Position numbers and translations under genes: made by a program | Part shown: in pieces, positions 24,311-38,640 of the stretch | Numbering within the stretch: the first letter of the stretch is position 1 | Layout of the letters: the number at the start of each line of letters is the position of its first letter | The notes under the pieces: model-generated | What the model saw: only the letters and a program-made list of their open reading frames with translations | Told to the model about the DNA's origin: nothing | The model's database searches: none | DNA from: Octopus bimaculoides | Taxonomy: Eukaryota | Reading direction: 5' to 3' | DNA length: 64,000 nucleotides | Assembly: GCF_001194135.2 (NCBI RefSeq) | Contig: NC_068989.1 | Span: forward strand, 58,780,401-58,844,400

Positions 24311-27218
24311 ATATATATAAATGTGTTTGTGTATGATGGAGAGAAAAAAAGAGAAAGCGAGAGGGGGGTTATTTTCTTAGGTGGTATATGTAATCTGTCT
24401 CCCAATTTAGCACCATCACCTGGCTATTTTGTACCTTTACTGGATAACTTCCGATCATCCTTCCAGCAGTTTCAGAGTCTCCGAAAATTGTCACGTGTGC
24501 TGTTCTTTCTTCTCTGCATAAGACGTGAACCGCCTCCCCAGCTCCCCACAAAAGTAAGATCTTAGAGAAATTGAGGCAGAAACAGTAATTCTATGTCCAA
24601 GGAATTCTAATATCAACATCTGAATATTCATTTGCTCGTCGCATATATTCTTGTAATATCACATTATTTAGTACTCGTTTGACGGTCACATCGGAAATAA
24701 TTGACAGCGACGCAAAAATATTAACCAAGTGTTGGTCGTAAATATTTTTCGATGTGTGATAATTTGTTAAGGTTTGACATTGTGACGATGTTTGGAACAT
24801 GCTGCAAAACATTGTCACTGTGTCCTGTATTCTCTGTTGATCGAGACACTGCTGAAATGATATTTCGGTCACAGTAAGTCAGGCTCAGTATTCTTCAGTC
24901 AATTATTTTGTAGACTATAAATTAATGGAGTTGTCTCGGCTATCGTCATGATAGTTGTGATCACCTATCATATCAGATGCATGCGCTCGAAGTTTTCTGA
25001 TTCTATACTTTCTTTTTTTCCCCTCCTTTCTCTCTGTTATTTCAAGTAGGTGAAGTGATCTAGATTATTGACGGATTGTCATCTGAAAAACATGTCGATT
25101 GTTAGTTATTTGCTTGATGTTACGTGAATGTTCTCTCTGTTTTGAGTTTTATTGTTGACTGTTTAATTTGAGTTTTACTGTTGATCAGTTTTATTGACTG
25201 ATCTTGTTATTGCTGCTCTTGTAAAGCTCTGACAATGTTTGGTTTTCTATCAACAACAAGTAAAAACCGAAGTAGAGGTCAGCGTTGGTGGTTACCAATA
25301 AGAAATTTAACCAGTAACAGAGCCGCGACATATCCTCTCTTACCGCTAGAAATAGATATCATATCTCCCTGTAACGTCTTAAAACAGAAAGACATATTGG
25401 ACAACGTAGTTCATGATAGACTATTGCTACAAACAGATGGGATGGCCACAGCTGGAACATTCTTCATCATATATTTGCTCGATCAAGGTTGACCTAGGCT
25501 AACAAACAATAACAAAATCTACTTAGAACATTAAAAATTATTGTCATTTTATCCCAGAACAACTTTGATCGAGCAACGACGATTCATACCCAATTATTCC
25601 ATATTTTAATATACCAGGTACGACTGCCGTACACTATGTATCCATCCCTTTCTACAATGTAGGATTGATGTGAGCAAAATTCCGCCATTATTTCATGTAA
25701 GTTGTGCGACCATGTAAGGACTACTACGTTGAGTAGTTGTTAAAAGTTAATAGTGGTACTAGTGTTTATTTGTAAACATCGGATGGAATTGAGACTGTTT
25801 AAGATTATGATGTGCATAATCATATGAAATATTCTATACTCTTGCTTAGTGAGCTGTACAGATATAGGATGTCGGACAGACCAACTGAAATCGATTTCTG
25901 AATTAGTATTGATTTCTGAATGATATTTCTGTAAGACTGTATACAGAAGGTCGATCTACCATTTTTTGCACTTACTTTTATAGCCAAGAAAGTTTTCTTA
26001 CGTTACTAATCGGCCCAGAATTTTGTCACAGAGGAATCGCACGTCAATCGATGTTTAATTAGCTTAAGAACATATTTTCATTAATAGATGTTTTCAGATA
26101 TTTGCAAGGAAAGAATTTAAAACACTTTTACAAAATTTTAATTTCTAGTGAAGGTGTATATATGATATATTGAATAAGAGCAGGTGGCATATTTATTTTA
26201 AATTAATTGTTACTAACTCTTAGATTATTTGAAGCAATTCACAATTGTTAGAAACGAAGAATGTAAGAATGTAAACAACCCCCAAAAAAGATACAAATAA
26301 CAAAAAGAAAAAAAAAATCACGAGATCACTTAGTCCAGACATGAAAGTTCTTTGGAATCTTGCTCCATCACTACTTTCTGACCCCTAGCAACCTTTGACC
26401 CTTATTTGGCAGTAATTGAACTCTACTTAACATCACCAACTATAGCTGATCAGCTAAGCCTTTTCATCATATAACGACAGAATTTAGTTTGAAATAGCGG
26501 TCAAAGATAAACAGACAGACTATAAAGAACGAAGAAGAACGGATGTAGTGCTGTACTGAATTTGCTTCCTTCCTACGCTGAATGGCAGCTGTGGGCGGAA
26601 ATGGATAGGGTGGGGGTACTGCTTAGACAACAGGCTTCTCGGCTTCCAGTCATTAAGAGCTTCTTCCTGCTGTCTAGTGCTATGATTATTTACTTTTTAA
26701 TAGATTGGGAATGATGGATTATTGATCCATATAGCAGTTTGAACATGAATATAACTTTAACTAATTATATGACCTTTGTGATAACAATAATTGCTTATGA
26801 TAATGACAGTGGAAACAACAAACACATTAAAACTACGCTCATCATAACATATCGGTCTCTCCGGCCTCGGAGATTTTGTGACGGCAATGGTGTTCTTTCC
26901 TCGTGACAATGTCATTAAAAGGGAACAAAAAACAAAAAAAACAAAAACAAACAAATTATATCGACCTTTACTCAATGAATGGTTTTAAAATCTCATCTAA
27001 GTATAAATTTCTGAGGTGATGTGGTATTAACAATTCGTCAATTCAGCAGAACTCATATTATTCGCAAATAAATCACGTAAGGTAAGCTGTGACCGAATAA
27101 GTCATGCATGCTAAATTTGAGACAAAATGTATTGATTAAAAGCTGCCAATCAGAGAAGATAATGCTTTAAGCACAGCGATAATCTGATTAACTGATTAGA
27201 GTAAGAATGTTTAGCTCT

Positions 27219-27427
27219 TACGAGGGGGTGCTGAAAAGTTCCTGGCATTGGGTAAAATAAAATACAGGAGGATAATTTTATTCAAAATATTTCCCTCTCA
27301 AATTCACACGATTATTGCAGCAGTCCTTCAGTTTTTCTAAGCCCTGTAAAAGAAGTCAGGAGGTTGTGCCTCCAGCAAGTCCTTTCGCGACACCTTAAAG
27401 CCAGGAACTCTTCAATACCCTCTCATA
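27219..27427 (+). mobile_element. Mariner-derived MITE with both TIRs and TA ends
   Basis: TACGAGGGGGTGCTGAAAAGTTCCTGGC ... GCCAGGAACTCTTCAATACCCTCTCATA. Confidence 0.85.
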
Positions 27428-28617
27428 TATACGTTTAACAATTACTCAAGGATTTTTAGTGATACGTATTGAAGTATTCTCGGCATTGAACTGGAGTCTG
27501 TGTATAATGAAAGTACTAGTAAGATCAAGTGATGTGTGGTTAGAAGTAACAATTCAAAACCGCAAACCAATCTTGGAAAATATTTAATTAAAAAAAGCTG
27601 CCAATTCGAGGGTTTAAATACTATGAAGGAAAAACTTCTATCTTATTAATTAGAGTAGAAGGGATTGTATTGGCCAAGGCAAATCCGACCAAATTATTTG
27701 GCAATTGGTCTTTTATTTATCTGTGGATCGATAATGAAACACTGGGTCGATTAAATTCGATATGCTTGCGATTCGAAGTATGTGCCTTCGTCTGTGTGAG
27801 TGTGTGGAGGTGTATGCGACTGTGTTTATGTGTTTATGTGTGTGAAATCAATATCAACTTGAGGAAATCTGTAGTTTGCGTAAATATCTGGAAAAATCTC
27901 AAAGCAATAAGACATTAGCAAAATAATAGGCCAACAGATTAGCAATCCAGTAAAAGTTCAGGTGTGCTTTTCGAACGGCGTAAACCGAAGTGGTTGCGCA
28001 AGACTGGCAGCTGTGTTTGGCCAGCCATTAGGCTAATGTCAACAAAATATATTCACTCGGATCAATTAAGCATTAATGTTATTTTTTCTCTAGCAGCAAC
28101 AAGATACAATTACAAAATAAATAAACATGGTTCTATCAGCTGTCTTTTAACTCTTCTTGTAAACGTCAACGTGCCAAGTAATGAGTTGCGCAGGAAGTTT
28201 TACTACTCTAAAAAGGGCTCCGAATAAGCAACACCAAGTGTATGTTATTAGATACATTGTTTTCAGATAAACTTTTAAATATTACGATGATGCAAATAAT
28301 CGAAGAAATAGTAGCGTGAGGAGAAGGAATAAAACAATGATGATATGAACTCTTACAAGTGATACCGTTGATGCAAACACGCAGATGCGTGTGTGTGTGA
28401 GTGCGCATGCGCGTATGTAAGTAGGATACAATCTTGCATTTGTGAATATTTGGCTAGCCAAGAGAAAGGACGTTAACCAATTCGATGTTGACCCTTTTGG
28501 ATTTAAGGCATTCAGTTTATCTATTTGGCTAGTATTAAAAGCAAATATAACATAATTCCTAAAATAAAGGAATCAATGAATAGTATATAACAAGTGAATT
28601 TCTTTTTCACCCACGTA

Positions 28618-28789
28618 TACAAGGGGGTGCTGAGACTTCCGATTTTTTTATAGGGCTTAGAAAAACTGAAGGACCGCTGCAATAAGTGTGTGAATTTGAA
28701 AGGGGAATATGTTGAATAAAATCATAACTAACTGATCATCCTGTATTTTTTTTTACCCAAAGCCAAGAACTTTTCCGCATTCTCTCGTA
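28618..28789 (-). mobile_element. Same MITE family, opposite orientation
   Basis: AGGGCTTAGAAAAACTGAAGGACCGCTGCAATAA is the reverse complement of the internal part of 27219-27427; degenerate TIRs at both ends. Confidence 0.8.
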
Positions 28790-28936
28790 CAACCTGCTTC
28801 GTATTAGAGGTGTTAGCATAAATTTAAGATTAGTGGGTTAGTGCAGAAATCATTAAGCACAGAACTAGTTAGTTGGCGGTAAGATTCTGTAATATTGTGA
28901 TTGATCAGAAACGACCAAGAACTGACTGGTTGTACA

Positions 28937-29300
28937 TACAATGAGGTATCAAAAAGTCACCGGACTAGTTCTGTAGCGCTCCAGCAGATGGTAGTTACAC
29001 GGAAGCGTGGTGAGAGCTAGCAGTGAACTTCATGAGACTGTGTATCGAGTGACATCGCTATGTTTACTTCGCAAGTTGTGAAATTTGTGTTTTTGTGATC
29101 ACGTGTATGCTGTCGTCCGCGATTTTGTCATGGAGAGGAACAAAGAGCCAACGTGAAATTTTGCGTTAAACTTGGGAACTGTGCTACAGAGACATTGAGC
29201 ATGCTTCGGCAAGCTTACCGCTACGAAGCAATGGATCGTACGCAATGTTTCGAGTGGTACGGGTGCTCCAACGAGTGGAGGTAATGTTGGAACGTTCATG
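28937..29300 (+). mobile_element. Mariner transposon 5' fragment (TIR, leader, N-terminal HTH)
   Basis: ..RANVKFCVKLGNCATETLSMLRQAYRYEAMDRTQCFEWY matches the mariner N-terminal HTH. Confidence 0.8.
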
Positions 29301-29309
29301 AAGCAAGAT

Positions 29310-30830
29310 AAATTAAAAACTATTGACATGAATCTTGATAATATTAATTTCCATTTAACTTTGGTTTATATTTTCCATAAAATCTTTCTCTTTAATGGAC
29401 CTTGTAATTCCACACTCTGTGCCCATTTGAAAAAAAGGAAATATTTTAAAATTCCCTTCTCTATAGTTATCCAGCTCTTCGCTTAATGGAGTCTTTCTGT
29501 ATTGCAGTTGCCTTATGTTTTGACCGTGAACCCGCACCCTCTCAGTCAATGCGCTTCCGTTTTCTCTAATGTAAATATTTTTGCAGTTGTTGCATTCAGT
29601 GATTTCTATAAGATTCTTGCTGCTACATGTCATAGCGTGGTGCTGGATTTTGTCTATAGTTCAACACCAGTACGAATATATTGGCTGTCATTGCATAAAT
29701 GTACTCAATCATTTTCTATACTCATTCTGGTAAAATTTTTCCCAGGTCAAGAATCGTTTTAAATTTTTCAGCTGTTTTTTGCTTTGAACTATGGTTATTT
29801 TCTTATTGATTAATTGATGTAGTTGATGAGTCTGTAAAAAGTGGTATATTTTCTCTATCTATGGGTTACGGGTTATGAGTTATAACAAAGGAAATCTTAT
29901 TATTTCTGGATATTTCCATTTCTCATGTAATATGAATATGTTATGGATTCTTTTGATATTTCAATATCATACTTTATTAGGTGTAATAGATATTTCTATG
30001 TAAGGCGGCAAGCTGGCGTAAACATTAGAACGCCGGGCAAAATGCTTAGCGGTGTTTCGTCTGTCTTTACGTTCTGAGTTCAAATTCCGCCGAAGTCGAC
30101 ATTGCAAGTTACTTACCACACAGCCGGTCCTAGACGATATTCTTGGAAGTGTCTCATATAAAAACTAAAAATAGATATTACCCTTTTTTCGAAACATCAC
30201 AGAATAGATTTTATCATGTAAAATATTTCAATTGCTACAAATATATCAATTTCAATTCTATTTAATATGCATCGAAAACAGTTTTTTAACATATAAAGGA
30301 TAGAGAGAGAACGCGTGATCAGACTTGTATTTGTTTTTTCCGATCAGACCTGTATTTGTTTTAATATTTCGACTTTGCCTTTCATCCTTTCGGGGTCGAT
30401 AAATTAAGTACCAGTTGCCTGCTGGGGTCGATCTAATCGACTGGCCCCCTCCCCCAAAATTTCAGGCCTTGTGCCTAGAGTAGAAAAGTATAAATATTTC
30501 TATGTGTCTAAGAATGCCTCCGATCCCTGCAAGCATTCGTTTCTTGTGTCTTCCTGTTTAATTTATGTACAGGTTTTCTGAGCTGGAGAGTATGGCATAT
30601 TTGTTTTTGTATAGGATGGGTGTCATAAATTACAGTTTGAACATTGATGCGTACCGGTGTTTTTGTAAAAATGTCGGTTTTGTAATGGTTCTGTTAAAAA
30701 ATATTAGAATATAGATGGGTACTTACCGCTCTTTTGAACTTAATAGCCAATTGTAGTTTATTTAAAATACCGGAAAATTCTTACAAAGCTTTGTCAGATG
30801 TTGTCCAGATAATATAGCTATAATGTAGCT
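29310..30830 (-). mobile_element. Decayed Penelope-like element: RT thumb (~30490-30760) and GIY-YIG endonuclease (29355-29633), interrupted by a SINE
   Basis: TCSSKNLI..ECNNCKNIYIRENGSALTERVRVH..FKIFPFF..KEKDF is a PLE GIY-YIG signature; KTDIF.KPTGTHQ..HPSYTKTNMPYS is the PLE RT thumb signature. Confidence 0.8.
30001..30488 (+). mobile_element. SINE family B split into 30001-30100 and 30367-30488 by an intervening segment
   Basis: First half ends GAAGTCGAC; second half resumes CGACTTTGCCTTTCATCC. Confidence 0.75.
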
Positions 30831-30954
30831 AACATTCATTTCATGATTCAATGTGCTTGGCAAAGTCAGTACAGAAATTGCTCGCCATTTCGTTTATACA
30901 CACGCATGTGTATATATATCTGTGTGTGTGTGTGTGTATACATACATACATACA

Positions 30955-30990
<36 letters not shown>

Positions 30991-33900
30991 TATATANNNN
31001 NNNNNNNNNNNNNNNNNNNNNNNNNNNNNNNNNNNNNNNNNNNNNNNNNNNNNNNNNNNNNNNNNNNNNNNNNNNNNNNNNNNNNNNNNNNNNNNNNNNN
31101 NNNNNNNNNNNNNNNNNNNNNNNNNNNNNNNNNNNNNNNNNNNNNNNNNNNNNNNNNNNNNNNNNNNNNNNNNNNNNNNNNNNNNNNNNNNNNNNNNNNN
31201 NNNNNNNNNNNNNNNNNNNNNNNNNNNNNNNNNNNNNNNNNNNNNNNNNNNNNNNNNNNNNNNNNNNNNNNNNNNNNNNNNNAAACAATAATTAGAAGAA
31301 CAGACAAAAAAAGACGGGTCGTTCGTGGCCTTCTTTCTTTACTCAAGTACCAGACATCACGACCATTTCGGGCAGTTACACTTGAGATGGTTCGATCTGG
31401 TTGCCTCCAAAAGCGTCTAAGAGCATTAGACCCATTTGTAAGAAAGCTAGCGAATGTGTACGACAACAAAGGCAAAAGACGAAAACATGGTGGACAATTA
31501 CGAATACAAACAACAAGGAATAACAACAGGTGTCTTTCGACTGAGAACGAATCAAATTGAGCAGGCGTGTATGAAGTGAAAGCCTAAAGGCAGGAACATA
31601 GGAGATGGACATAAGAGGTGTTGGCGGTCGGCGGTCAGACCAAGAAAGAAAGATCATGGCTGGCCGGACACCGGTCACGTGGAAAGAGGAAGAAACATAG
31701 ATGGTTAGGTGGCAGAGGGATTGAAGGATTAGAAAAAAAAAAACCAGAGACAAAATCAGAGACAGAGGCAAATCAGAGACAAACACAAAGACATACAGGG
31801 GACATAAACGAGTAGGAAATAGTGTGAGTTAAAGAAAGATAGGGTCAAGAAATGTGAGAGGGGGGGGGGGGCGAGAAAAAGAAAAAAGGAAGAAAGTGAG
31901 AGGGAGACTAAAGATATATATATATATATANNNNNNNNNNNNNNNNNNNNNNNNNNNNNNNNNNNNNNNNNNNNNNNNNNNNNNNNNNNNNNNNNNNNNN
32001 NNNNNNNNNNNNNNNNNNNNNNNNNNNNNNNNNNNNNNNNNNNNNNNNNNNNNNNNNNNNNNNNNNNNNNNNNNNNNNNNNNNNNNNNNNNNNNNNNNNN
32101 NNNNNNNNNNNNNNNNNNNNNNNNNNNNNNNNNNNNNNNNNNNNNNNNNNNNNNNNNNNNNNNNNNNNNNNNNNNNNNNNNNNNNNNNNNNNNNNNNNNN
32201 NNNNNNNNNNNNNNNNNNNNNNNNNNNNNNNNNNNNNNNNNNNNNNNNNNNNNNNNNNNNNNNNNNNNNNNNNNNNNNNNNNNNNNNNNNNNNNNNNNNN
32301 NNNNNNNNNNNNNNNNNNNNNNNNNNNNNNNNNNNNNNNNNNNNNNNNNNNNNNNNNNNNNNNNNNNNNNNNNNNNNNNNNNNNNNNNNNNNNNNNNNNN
32401 NNNNNNNNNNNNNNNNNNNNNNNNNNNNNNNNNNNNNNNNNNNNNNNNNNNNNNNNNNNNNNNNNNNNNNNNNNNNNNNNNNNNNNNNNNNNNNNNNNNN
32501 NNNNNNNNNNNNNNNNNNNNNNNNNNNNNNNNNNNNNNNNNNNNNNNNNNNNNNNNNNNNNNNNNNNNNNNNNNNNNNNNNNNNNNNNNNNNNNNNNNNN
32601 NNNNNNNNNNNNNNNNNNNNNNNNNNNNNNNNNNNNNNNNNNNNNNNNNNNNNNNNNNNNNNNNNNNNNNNNNNNNNTCTCTCTCTCTCTCTCTCTCTCT
32701 TTATACATATATATGTAGAGAAGACAGAAAATTTGCAACAACATCTCCAGGAATCGAACTGTAAATTTTTCTTTAATCTATTATTTCTTAAATGACGCTA
32801 GGTATTTTTTATTTCCCCTCCAGTCACATTCAATTTATTCAGTTACTTCGTTTATTAATTTATTTCGTTGCTTACATAAAGTTAGTCACCAATTTCCCTT
32901 AAGTAATATGTATTCCGTTCATTCAGTTCCCTCACCGTTACCACTCATTCTTTGTCACATTTTCTGTATATCTAACGATCTATTTGTTATATATGCTTAC
33001 ACGCACACATGAAGACACACGCATACATGAAGACATACGCTCACATACATTCAAACCCATAAATGTGTATGTCTCCGTATATCTTTGCTTGTTTGTGTTT
33101 GTGTGTATGAGTGTGTGTAAATCTATTTATGTACGTGTAAATGTCTTTTTTTTTTGTATTTTCCTTCCTGTTCTAAAATTTTTACTTTCTCTTTTCGTTT
33201 TTATTCCATTCTCCCGTGTAAGTTCGTCTATTCCGTCAGCTGTTGTTTGCTTTTCCTTGACACTGATGACTGCGCCACCTGCTGAGGTTGTCAACAACTA
33301 ATTTCTTCTGTACTCAGATTGATGCATCTGACTAAAAAAGATAACAGCCTGCTTACATTGTCTTTCACTATGCTCGATTTACTAAGCTGGTTTATAGTTA
33401 CCTCGGACCTTCGCCTAGTTTAGTACATAATTCATTGTAAACCCTTCAACTATACCACTCGGTATATTTTCACACTATATATTTTCAAACTGTATTAGTT
33501 CATTTTGCTGTAATGGATCTTAAGCTTTGTAAACACAGTATACTTTCACTAACGAGCAATGCATACGACAATAATTTTTGCTTAAGTACAAGAGTATAAT
33601 AGCTGTAGCAAACTGAGTGGTATGACATACCTATCTTCCACAAGATTATTTGAGACACTGGAACATCAACAGAATCTACATCACCACTTTGGAAGGGTTT
33701 GAAAAGATAGCTGGTATTATTCCTCTACAAAAGGACTGAAATGTGAGAAACAATATAAATGGAGAGATTAGAATTTGTTTATTGAAAATTGAAAATTGCC
33801 AAAAAAAGAAAAAAAAAAAATTGGCTTGTAAATTCAAACTGCAAGCTCAGTTCGCTTGGTTCTTACATTTGCCCTCATATAAATATTACTTATTTGTTGT

Positions 33901-34789
33901 TCAATCAGAAAGAGTAAAATGACTGATAGTTTCGACCCTGTGGCAATTTATCCTCCAGGTATCGTGCATAAGCTAGCAGTATTTTACAAGATCTGTGAAA
34001 TTGTTCATACAACCTTCTCTGTAAAAATTAGCATTGAGCCTTGTAAATGTATCGGTGTATACAAATATAAATTTGTATAAAATCTCATTTGATGAAATAT
34101 AACAGTTGAACAGGTAAAGTCCCCGGATCTCTTCCTTTAAGGTTCACATATTGTTTTGTGTCCTCGAATACTTTACTTTCCAAACATTTCACACCTCATT
34201 AAGGAAGCGTTATTAGCTTTCCAGTAAATAGATTTATTCTTGACAACTAAAATCTAGCAAATTCTCGAAAGCATAAATTTCTTTTATAAGTATTAGTAAA
34301 GGTATTAATATATGTAGTTGGATTATTTGATGACATAAGAAACTAAAAAGTACTTACATCATGCAATTTATAATAATTACTACGAAATGAAAGTGGAGCT
34401 TTTTTTTTTTGTTAACAGTTACATTAATACTGTTGCAGAACGAAAGTGTCAGTTTGATAATTTCGCGTAAAATTTAAAGCTTTTATTGAATTAGCTCATG
34501 ATTAATGATTTAGCTACCGAGTGTTTTTAATTTGAACACTGGATATACTTGAATGTTTTGGAGTGTTAGGGTCTGGGGGTAAAAATAGTGTAAATAGAAG
34601 TGAATTGCTTTTTTCAAAATTTATTTTGAGGCGTTGCAGGAGTAGATCTAAATTTTCATCATGCTAGAAGGATCATTTATTGGCACAAACTCACAGAATA
34701 TAACATCTCATACAATAATGATTTTATTATGGTCGAAATCACATCATTATACTTAATCAACTTTTTATTAATGATACAAATTACGTCGT

Positions 34790-34995
34790 TGTCGTCATAC
34801 ATTGTACACCTGCAGCTCATTGGTCACACGAAGGTCTTCCCGATTACGTGCGAGTTCTCCTGCTGCCTTGTCACATTTGTCCAACCAGCTCTTGATACTG
34901 TTCATCCATTGCGTTCTTTGCCCGCCTCTTGATCTACGACTCTCTACTCTTCCTTCCATGATAATATTTTCCAGACCTCTGATTCTTCGAATATA
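34790..34995 (-). mobile_element. RTE-clade LINE 3' end fragment
   Basis: GLENIIMEGRVESRRSRGGQRTQWMNSIKSW..ELARNREDLR resembles the RTE ORF C-terminus. Confidence 0.7.
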
Positions 34996-37074
34996 CTAAC
35001 CCTTATTCGAGGTTGTAATTTGGGTGGGTAAGTCATTACTCGGAGTTAAAAAAACAAATCTCTGGCACCAAAATAGATTATTATACTATTTACATTTTAT
35101 TTAAGAAAACAAATTATATTTAAACTTAAGAACAGTTCAGAAAATGGAAAAATATTTCAATGAAATAATGACTTCAATATTAGGTATAGAGCTCTGGATG
35201 TATTTAAGGTAGAATTAGAAAAACAAACGAAAAAAATTGCGGCCACTATAGAGCAATTTCTTCTTCATGGAATAATTGGTCAGGGGCCAGTTTATAGTGT
35301 CGACGATGTCTTTGAATTCCCATTCTAATCAGAATAAGACTAATAAAAATCTATCATGCTAGTGAAAAGTACATTTATATGGACCCCTTGAAATAGCAAA
35401 AATAGATGCCATTTTCCCGATGGTTTTAGGGACTGCATGAATGCCAGTACAGTATAATCCTTTTCTTTTTGAGTCGCAGTCTTTATGGTCCCAAACGTGA
35501 ACATACATAGATCAGAAAGATACCTAGTTAACATTCTCAGATCAATTTATTTATATACTTATTTATTTTGATTCAATGGATTGCATACATTTCGCTTCGA
35601 TTTATTTATCTGGTGACAGTGTGCATTTAGAGAAACTTCGAGACAATTTTGTGGGGTACCTTAAGAAAGTCTTTGATGTATGAGCTATATCACTAATGAT
35701 CGACAGTCCAATAGCATGTACCATACGATGGTAAACCAAATATAACATTTTTACTGTTTCTCTATCATTTCAGCTTTGGTGTATACATATTCTACATTAT
35801 TATATATGTATTCTACTTTTGTATATTTATATTCTACCGTGGTACATAGATAACACATTGTCAGACCCAGTTATAAATTACAAAGGAAAATTTACCTGCG
35901 GTTACATTCTGTATCAATTTTGAATAGTACCAAGATGTTTCTACATCGACAAAATATAACTAATACCTGTTGTATGTAAGATTCCTACATCGATGTGGGT
36001 CGGGTCTAAAATGAAATTAGTTTGTTGGCATTTTAACTGGATTTTGATTACAGAAAATAATGAAAAAAATTGTTAATTTTTTTTATTAGCATATATTCGC
36101 TGAACTTACAAGAGTAATTTAATAAAAACTGAAAGAACAACATTAGGGAACGAACGGAAACCTAATATTTGTCATTAAAAAAATAGTTACGTCGAGTAGG
36201 CTGTCAACCTGATCATTTTAGGATAGAAATATGTTTTTTTTTTGTTTGTTTTTTTGTACAAATTTATATATTATGATTAGATGTAATACAGATCAATAAA
36301 AGTTCAATTTCTGATGAATTTTTCTTTGGAAGTAAATGTGATTTATTGCTACTGAAATTATTTTACACTCATTTCTTTTGTTTATATTGTATATATATGT
36401 TTGTTTTTGTTTTACCTGAAGACATTAGTAAAACAAAAGACATATTTTCTTACGGGGGAAAAAAAATAATTGTTCAATAGACGTGAATGTTTTCAGCTGG
36501 TAGAATATATATACTACATGATAGTTAAAATGTAATCAAGACCAACATTTATATAATGTAAGGTAACATATAATTCGCTTAATGTTTTCTATGATAATTG
36601 GTAATTAATTCACGAAGGTGTATAAATGGTGCAATAAACAAGTAGTTTTCGATGTCCAAATTAGTTTCTTGGAAATATGTAAGAAATTTAGTGGCTGTGG
36701 GAGTGGACGAGTGTTACTCAAAGCAAAGTCCTTGCTACAATTGAGCAAGGTAACTCAGGTAGGCCAATGGCATGAACTTAGATAATTCAAATAGATGGCA
36801 CTGTATTAAATATCATACGTAAAATATTTCTTAACTGAAATGTTTGTGTACTCCATTTTACACTACTTCCTTCTTTCCTTAGTTACTTTATGTCACTGTT
36901 TCACTTCAGCTGACTTTTTGTTATTATGTAAGTTAATACTCGGCAAAACTATTCGTAAGATTTTTTTTTTTTTTTTGTACTTGCTAAAAATTGTGCGTTC
37001 ACTGAGGAAAGTAGGTTTGAAAAAGCTGGTCTTCACTAATAATAATAATAATAATACTACTCCTTTCTATAATA

Positions 37075-37188
37075 GACAAGATGTCTGAAATTTTGGGAGA
37101 AGGGACTAGTCGATTACATCGATCCCAGTGTTTCACTGGTACTTAATTTATCGACTCCGAAAGGATGGAAAGCAAAGTCAACCTCTGT

Positions 37189-37237
<49 letters not shown>

Positions 37238-37985
37238 CAATAATAAATGTCCTGATGCAGTACCAGGCAGTGGCTCTCATAGCTTTTGATCTTAACTGAT
37301 TGGAAGTGTTATCATGCACATTGTTTTGTCTTGGTATAAAAGATGGGTTACGGCAAATATTCTGCTCAATACTACAGATTTGCTTGTCAGTTGTTTGACT
37401 TTAACCAGCTGAGCATGTCCCTTAGTGGCTGACGATATGTGCATCTCTGACAACCAGCAAAAGTAATGGGAGAGCATCATAGCCATATGTTGAGAGGAAG
37501 TTTGAGGGGTTTAAATAATTCACCTCTGGAAACATGGGTGTTTCATTCAACATCCTTAATTTTGAACGGGATGGACTACTCGACCTGAAGAAAATTCTAA
37601 CTGGGCCCTATCTGCAAGGTCATGCGCTGTTCATCTTGATATGAGATCACCATGTCGCGTACATATGGTTGTGATGCATGTGCCTGGTACACCCTTATCA
37701 GACGGGTATATTTTACCCTAGTGTCACTTTGATGGCATGCACTGCTCTCTCACTCAATAATAATGATAATCGTTCTAAATTTTGTCACAAGGACAGCCAT
37801 CTTGGGGGAGGGGATATGTCGATTATATCGACCTCAGTGTTCAACTGGTACTTATTTTATCGACCTCGAAAGGATTAAAGGCAAAGTCGACCTCGGCAGA
37901 ATAATAATAACAATGCTAGTGGTGGTTTCAAATTTTGCCACAAGGGCAGCCATTTTGGGGGAGGGGATGTATCGATATTGTGATA
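37075..37985 (-). mobile_element. SINE family B fragments (37075-37190, 37770-37900, 37915-37985) flanking an (AAT)n-bounded repeat
   Basis: GGCAAAGTCGACCTCGGCAGAA and AAATTTTGCCACAAGGGCAGCC motifs (family B reverse complement). Confidence 0.7.
37245..37758. mobile_element. ~510-bp non-coding interspersed repeat bounded on both sides by (AAT)n
   Basis: Unique-complexity block between (AAT)n at 37190-37244 and AATAATAATGATAAT at 37756-37770. Confidence 0.55.
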
Positions 37986-38640
37986 ACTAGCATGTGTAAT
38001 AGATGTTTTGTTTGAGGTTCCAGTCAGTATAAAGAGTCATTGTATGAGTAACATAAAATGATTTTTGCACGACATCTGTATAAGAGAAGTTAAGAAATAA
38101 AGTGTCATATAATAAATATAGGAATGTATACTAAGAGAATATACAGAAGGAAGTGTGTGGAAGACAATAACAAAACACTAAGTACACAATGGTATTATTA
38201 GTTCACAAACTGACAAATACCATCCCTAACCACAAAAGATAATTTACGGGATTTTTAGCCCTTCCCTCATCATTATTAATGAGAAAATAAGATAGAGTTT
38301 GCATCCATTCTCCTTTCTATGCCATGATGTTCAACAAGTTTAAAAAGTTTAAAACGATCTTAATTTCATTAAACATGACTACATTTTCGTCCCCTTATAA
38401 TCTATACAACCTCCCTCTCCCAGGTGAGCTCTACCCTACCTCTATGAGAAACGCTACATTAGATTATGCAGAATGCGAGTCGAAAGTTTTATAAAGGTTA
38501 TATTGTTCGTTATTGAAGAGGGAGTGAGATTGAAGGACGTGACGTGTGATGAAGTGATTGCTAACTATTTCTATCGTCATCAAGATGTTGGAAATGACAG
38601 CTATAGAGTGGTAGCTTGCTAGCTTTTAGGGATGAGACAT

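Noticed and set aside
24369-24872. Two adjacent minus-strand ORFs (93 and 60 aa) in non-repeat sequence
   Set aside because: No recognisable domain and no coherent splice signals; lengths are within chance expectation.
33909-33958. 50-nt exon candidate (MTDSFDPVAIYPP) with CAG|GTATCG donor
   Set aside because: Short, with a moderate donor and no linkage to other exons; cannot be distinguished from chance without RNA data.
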